A stretch of DNA of 28,517 nt from NCBI GenBank assembly GCA_965368975.1, contig CBDUPA010000040.1, positions 1 through 28,517 on the forward strand. The letters run 5' to 3'. The DNA is from an uncultured bacterium. Lineage in GTDB: Bacteria > Acidobacteriota > Thermoanaerobaculia > Multivoradales > JAHZIX01. A model generated the notes under the pieces. That model ran no database searches and was not told the DNA's origin. It worked only from the letters and a program-made list of their open reading frames with translations. The first letter of the stretch is position 1. Each line of letters begins with the position of its first letter. This document shows positions 26,001 to 28,517 of this stretch, in pieces. A program made the position numbers and the translations under genes.

Positions 26001-28517
26001 TGATGATGCTCTCGAGCACCGGCCCGAAGGCGTCGCGGCCCGCCGCCGGTAGCTGGCTGCGCAGCGGCAGTGTGTTGATCAGGCAGCCGACCATGCGTTC
26101 GAGTTCGGTGTACTGACGTCCCGCCACTGGCGTGCCGACGGTGATGTCGTCCTGGTGGCTGAGGCGCTGCAACAGCAGCTGGAAGCCGGCCAGGACACCG
26201 AGGAACAGCGTACCGCCACGGCGCCGGGCCTCGGCGTCGAGCGCGTCGACACGCGCTGCCGGCCAGGCGAACTCGATCCGGCGACCGCGGAAGCGCTGTA
26301 CTGCTGGCCTCGGGCGGTCCGTGGGCAGGTCGAGTGGGCGCACGCCGTCGAGCTGCTGGCGCCAGCCGTCGAGTTGTTGTTGCAGGCGCCCGTCGGCCTG
26401 CCATTGCTGCTGCCAGAGGGCGAAGTCGCCGTACTGCAGCGACGGTGGCGGTAGCTCTTGTGCCAGGTGCTGGCTGGCCGGTGACTGTTGCGCCGTGACC
26501 TGCGCCAGCGCCAGCGGGTAGAGCTGGGCCAGCTCCTGGAGCAGCAGGCCGACGGACCAGCCGTCGGTGACGATGTGGTGCAGAGTCAGCACCAGGCCTG
26601 TGCTGGTCGTGGCGTCGAGCACCAGCGCGCGTACCAGCACGTCGCGTTCGAGGTCGAAGGGACGATCGAGTTCGCGGCTCGCCAGGCGCCGCATTTCGCT
26701 CTCGCGGTCCTGGTCGCCGAGGGCGTCGAGGTCGACGGCGGTGAAAGGCAAGCGACGGTGCGGCAGGATCTGCTGACGGGGCTGGTCGTCGAGGGTCACA
26801 AAGCGCGTGCGCAGCGCCTCGTGGCGGTCGAGCAGGGCCTGCAGGGCAGCGCCGAGGGCGGCCCGATGGTGGCTACTGTGGAGCGGCGTCGAGATGGCTT
26901 CCTCGACCGGCCGCAGGCGCCAGGTAACGGCGACATTGTAGGCGGCACTGGCGGGTTGGAAGCGGTCGAGGAACCACAGGCGTTGCTGCGGTAGGGCCAG
27001 CGGTAGGGGGACTCGCAGCTGCTCGGCCGGACGCGGGGTTGGCCGGGACGCCAGCGGTAGCACCATCTCGGAACGCAGACGATCGATGGCGGCGGCCAGG
27101 TCGCTCAGTTCGGAGCGGTGGAAGAGTTCGCGCAGCGGCAGCTCGACGCCCAGGTCGCGACGCACGCGGCCGAGCACGCGGGTGGCCAGCAGCGAGTGGC
27201 CGCCGAGGGCGAAGAAGTCGTCACGACGACCGACGTGCTCTACTTGTAGCTGGCTCTGCCAGATCCGCGCCAGCCGCAGCTCGGTGGCGGTGACCGGTGC
27301 CTCGTAGGCACGGTGCGCGTGGTCGTCCTGCGCCGCGTCCACCTGCAGCTCCAGCAGGGCCTTGCGGTCTAGCTTGCCGTTGGGGGTCAGCGGCAGGCGG
27401 TCGAGCGGCACGAAGAGCGCCGGCACCATGTGGTCGGGAAGGTGTTCGAGCAGGCCTTGGCGCAGTTCGGTTGGGTCGAAACTGTCGCCGACCACGAACG
27501 CGACGAGCCGAGAGTCGCCACCGAGTTCCTGCACCAGGACCGCCGCCTCGCGCACGCTCTCGAGCGCCGCGAGGGCCGCTTCGATCTCGCCCAGCTCGAT
27601 GCGGAAACCACGTACCTTGACCTGATGGTCGGCACGGCCGAGGTATTCGAGGTCACCGTCGCCGCGGTGGCGCACGAGGTCTCCGGAACGGTATAGGCGG
27701 GGGCCGCCCGGGGCGGGGGTACGGTCGGCGAACGGATCCGGCACGAAGCGCTGTGCCGTCAGGGCCGGACGCCCATGGTAGCCGCGTGCCAGGCCGGCGT
27801 CGTGTCCGGGCTCGGAACCCACGTACAGCTCACCGACGACCCCGATGGGCACCGGCTGCGCGTGGCGGTCGAGCACGTAGAGGCGCAAGTCCGGGATCGC
27901 CCGTCCTATCAGGCTAGCGGGGCCTATCAGGCTAGCCGGTGCTTTGCCTTCCACGTCGCGACGGTGCAGACGCCGGTGCGTGACGTGCACGGTGGTCTCG
28001 GTGATGCCGTACATGTTGACCAGCTGCGGCTGCTCGTCGCCGTAGCGCTCGACCCACGGCCGCAGCGCCGCCGGCTCCAGCGCCTCACCGCCGAAGATCA
28101 CCCGTCGCAGCGGCAGGCGCGGGGCCCCCTCGGCAGCCACCCCGGCGTCCGCCTCGATCAGCGGCCGGAAGGCGGACGGCGTCTGGTTGAGCACGGTGAC
28201 GCGTTGTTCAGCCAAGAGACGGTGGAAGCGTGCCGGTTCGCGGCTCACCAGGTAGGGCACGATGACCAGGCGTCCGCCGTAGGCCAGGGCACCCCAGAGT
28301 TCCCACACGCTGAAGTCGAAGGCGTAGGAGTGGAAGAGGGTCCAGGTGTCGTCGGGCCCGAAGTGGAACCAGGGGTCGGTGGCGTCGAGCAGGCGCAGGA
28401 CGTTGGACTGCGGGATCAGCACGCCCTTGGGCCGGCCGGTGGAGCCAGAGGTGTAGAGGAGGTACGCGAGGTGCCCCGGGTGGGTTGTCTTTCCCCTCTG
28501 ATGTAGGGGCGGGGCCC
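20095..28517 (-). CDS. Non-ribosomal peptide synthetase, 5'-truncated: A(Thr-type)-PCP-C-A-PCP-C-A-PCP, no TE or E domain
   Basis: Three (Y/F)TSGSTG.PKG A motifs, three PCPs (GGHSLL, GGHSLL, GGTSML), two HHIVTDGWS C motifs. The frame stays open past 28422 to the window end (..HLAYLLYTSGSTGRPKGV). Confidence 0.97.
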   Translation of the reverse strand, partial: APPLHQRGKTTHPGHLAYLLYTSGSTGRPKGVLIPQSNVLRLLDATDPWFHFGPDDTWTLFHSYAFDFSVWELWGALAYGGRLVIVPYLVSREPARFHRLLAEQRVTVLNQTPSAFRPLIEADAGVAAEGAPRLPLRRVIFGGEALEPAALRPWVERYGDEQPQLVNMYGITETTVHVTHRRLHRRDVEGKAPASLIGPASLIGRAIPDLRLYVLDRHAQPVPIGVVGELYVGSEPGHDAGLARGYHGRPALTAQRFVPDPFADRTPAPGGPRLYRSGDLVRHRGDGDLEYLGRADHQVKVRGFRIELGEIEAALAALESVREAAVLVQELGGDSRLVAFVVGDSFDPTELRQGLLEHLPDHMVPALFVPLDRLPLTPNGKLDRKALLELQVDAAQDDHAHRAYEAPVTATELRLARIWQSQLQVEHVGRRDDFFALGGHSLLATRVLGRVRRDLGVELPLRELFHRSELSDLAAAIDRLRSEMVLPLASRPTPRPAEQLRVPLPLALPQQRLWFLDRFQPASAAYNVAVTWRLRPVEEAISTPLHSSHHRAALGAALQALLDRHEALRTRFVTLDDQPRQQILPHRRLPFTAVDLDALGDQDRESEMRRLASRELDRPFDLERDVLVRALVLDATTSTGLVLTLHHIVTDGWSVGLLLQELAQLYPLALAQVTAQQSPASQHLAQELPPPSLQYGDFALWQQQWQADGRLQQQLDGWRQQLDGVRPLDLPTDRPRPAVQRFRGRRIEFAWPAARVDALDAEARRRGGTLFLGVLAGFQLLLQRLSHQDDITVGTPVAGRQYTELERMVGCLINTLPLRSQLPAAGRDAFGPVLESIITTALDAFDRQDVPFEMLVQELAPERDTSRSPLVQVVLALQNAAADELRLPGWTAEGLDVETTSVRFDFELHLLPLDEGGLHGAVHFDADLYDSTTLARWMQGLGALLDAALAAPETPLDQLDLLPTAERQQLLVELTDTRCAWAAAPWQQPAAAVHLDVAHQAATRPHAIAVFAERRDERGDVHLSFGALDQRAACLATRLAAQGVRPDTPVAVCLTPSADMIVAQYAVLKAGAAFAPQDPGDRSERLPFMIRDLAAPVVLTERELAPRFLDAVASQAEEGLTLTPVCLDDPQLRAQLAAATDGTAAAGPRDLPVRLESLAYVLYTSGSTGMPKGAMLSHRALANFSRWHQTTRGIRTTDRVVKGAGPAFDASVWDTWPNLAAGATLLIPREMTRLSPPDLVTWMDHSRASIVFVATPLAEAVVRLPFPPGTSVHTVMTGGDRLLQRPPADAPYRFFNVYGPTEATVVATDSLVSPSPTFTEALAAAPGSKAVPGVGRPLPNMQIYLLDRHQQPAPFGAHGEIYIGGAGIARGYFRRPGLSAQAFVPNVLAVSEAEAGSRLYKTGDLARWRGDGTLDFIGRIDFQVKIRGVRIELGEIEAALLAQPSIRKAVVLVQQTGDDPQRDRRLVAFFTLQNATSDHETYDSAPLRDALRDRLPEHMVPALLLARAELPLTANGKIDRRALLASAPTEIEPRGGTLPPSTPTEIQLAALWQRLLEVTDVHADDDFFQLGGHSLLATQVVSHLRRDFQVELPLRTLFEAPTLRQLARRVDDQLGIHSGTSTAGDVLAGAAIVSVPDIAPALVRPPIVAAALTDAGRPERPPLSFAQQRLWFLCRMQPDNPFYNIPVLWTLVGDLDPARLRTCLDALVRRHESLRTCFPAAHGRPYQHVLPASTSGWALTHIDFGALQPDDRRSESHRWAARASTRPFDLERGPLARGLLLRHDSERAELQLTLHHIVTDGWSMGVLLRELRELYATPTDNSPGEPVAATPTPLPLLPPLPLQYVDFAIWQRGWLQGEVLEAQLAYWRQQLAGAPNLDLPADRPRPKLQAFRGAELPLTLDADLTSALQRLTARHGATLFMTLTAGFQLLMARYSGQLDVVTGSAIANRNHAEIEPLIGMFVNTLALRGRLHAALSFDDFVHQMRDTALSAFAHQDLPFETLVEHLHPQRDLSRNAIFQASFTLQNAPIPALALGELELIPRAQELETTHFDLELHLFETPISEEHGAAKVLDGSLVYDRDLFDRTTLRRLARHFEHLLRALTADPAAPALTHPLLTAAEQHQLSREFNDIAYTPTVSEVPPARESQPLHQRIAELAAAAPDRLALAEPAHRAYLSYGELVRRARHLAAQLQAAGVEAETPVPVCLEPSREWIIAQLAALFAGGAFVPLDPADSSERRRDLVRRLDAPVLLTDTQHLANVADLAPRVLVVADAVAKAVSAEFTIDLDRALAKEPTSAERLAYVIFTSGSTGRPKGVMIRHRNLAQFCRWHHDIYGTAPRHRASCVAAPAFDAAIGDVWPPLTAGASLWLPPRAARQVPGALAAWAQRCRITLLHLPTPLAEALLRLPQFGNPETAGTALEHVLCGGDRLLQRPPSSASFRFHNGYGPSECTVCVMRGVVEPAGSTPERPAESTASAPTLGRPVPGSTLALLDRGGHAVPLGAHGEVHIAGHAVGRGYYHNPRRTAEVFVPNPYGSTGSRHYRTGDLARWRTDGRLEFLGRTDFQVKVRGFRIELGEIEAALLALPQVREAVVLARRGAGTPGSEGTDALGTGGEMTGLVAFVVAAADAAADTDTEQLTVSALRADLGKRLPDYMVPATYVLLEALPLTVNGKLDRADLARRPLSEDGRAAVGGTYVAAESALQQRLVAVWKQVLGVDKLGIHDNFFDLGGTSMLMAELQSRMEEELELPVSIVKLFEHPSVAALAEHLQPGETAAPKVDAGALRSQADRRKEALARQRARQRPRRR
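27905..27940 (-). repeat. In-frame 18-bp duplication in an NRPS A domain (PASLIG x2)
   Basis: cctatcaggctagcgggg cctatcaggctagccggt on the + strand. Confidence 0.85.

Overview
High-GC bacterial window; an Acidobacteriota (Thermoanaerobaculia-like) origin is an inference from the protein families. Left: a translationally coupled type I restriction-modification operon (5'-truncated hsdM, hsdS, four-helix-bundle gene, hsdR), then a beta-helix lipoprotein. Middle: GT1 glycosyltransferase, small membrane protein plus sodium:solute symporter, secreted hypothetical protein, aroF, LolC/E-type ABC permease, two stacked type II toxin-antitoxin modules, an aminotransferase/omega-amidase pair, an FHA protein and a TPR-like helical protein. 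Right: the 3' part of an NRPS (A-PCP-C-A-PCP-C-A-PCP, no thioesterase, Arg-rich tail). The most notable unexplained structures are (1) each TA module directly follows a copy of the permease 3' end, with mostly synonymous differences between copies, suggesting integrase-free cassette stacking, and (2) the four-helix-bundle gene in the R-M operon carries in-phase direct and inverted 9-bp repeat arrays bracketing its core domain.
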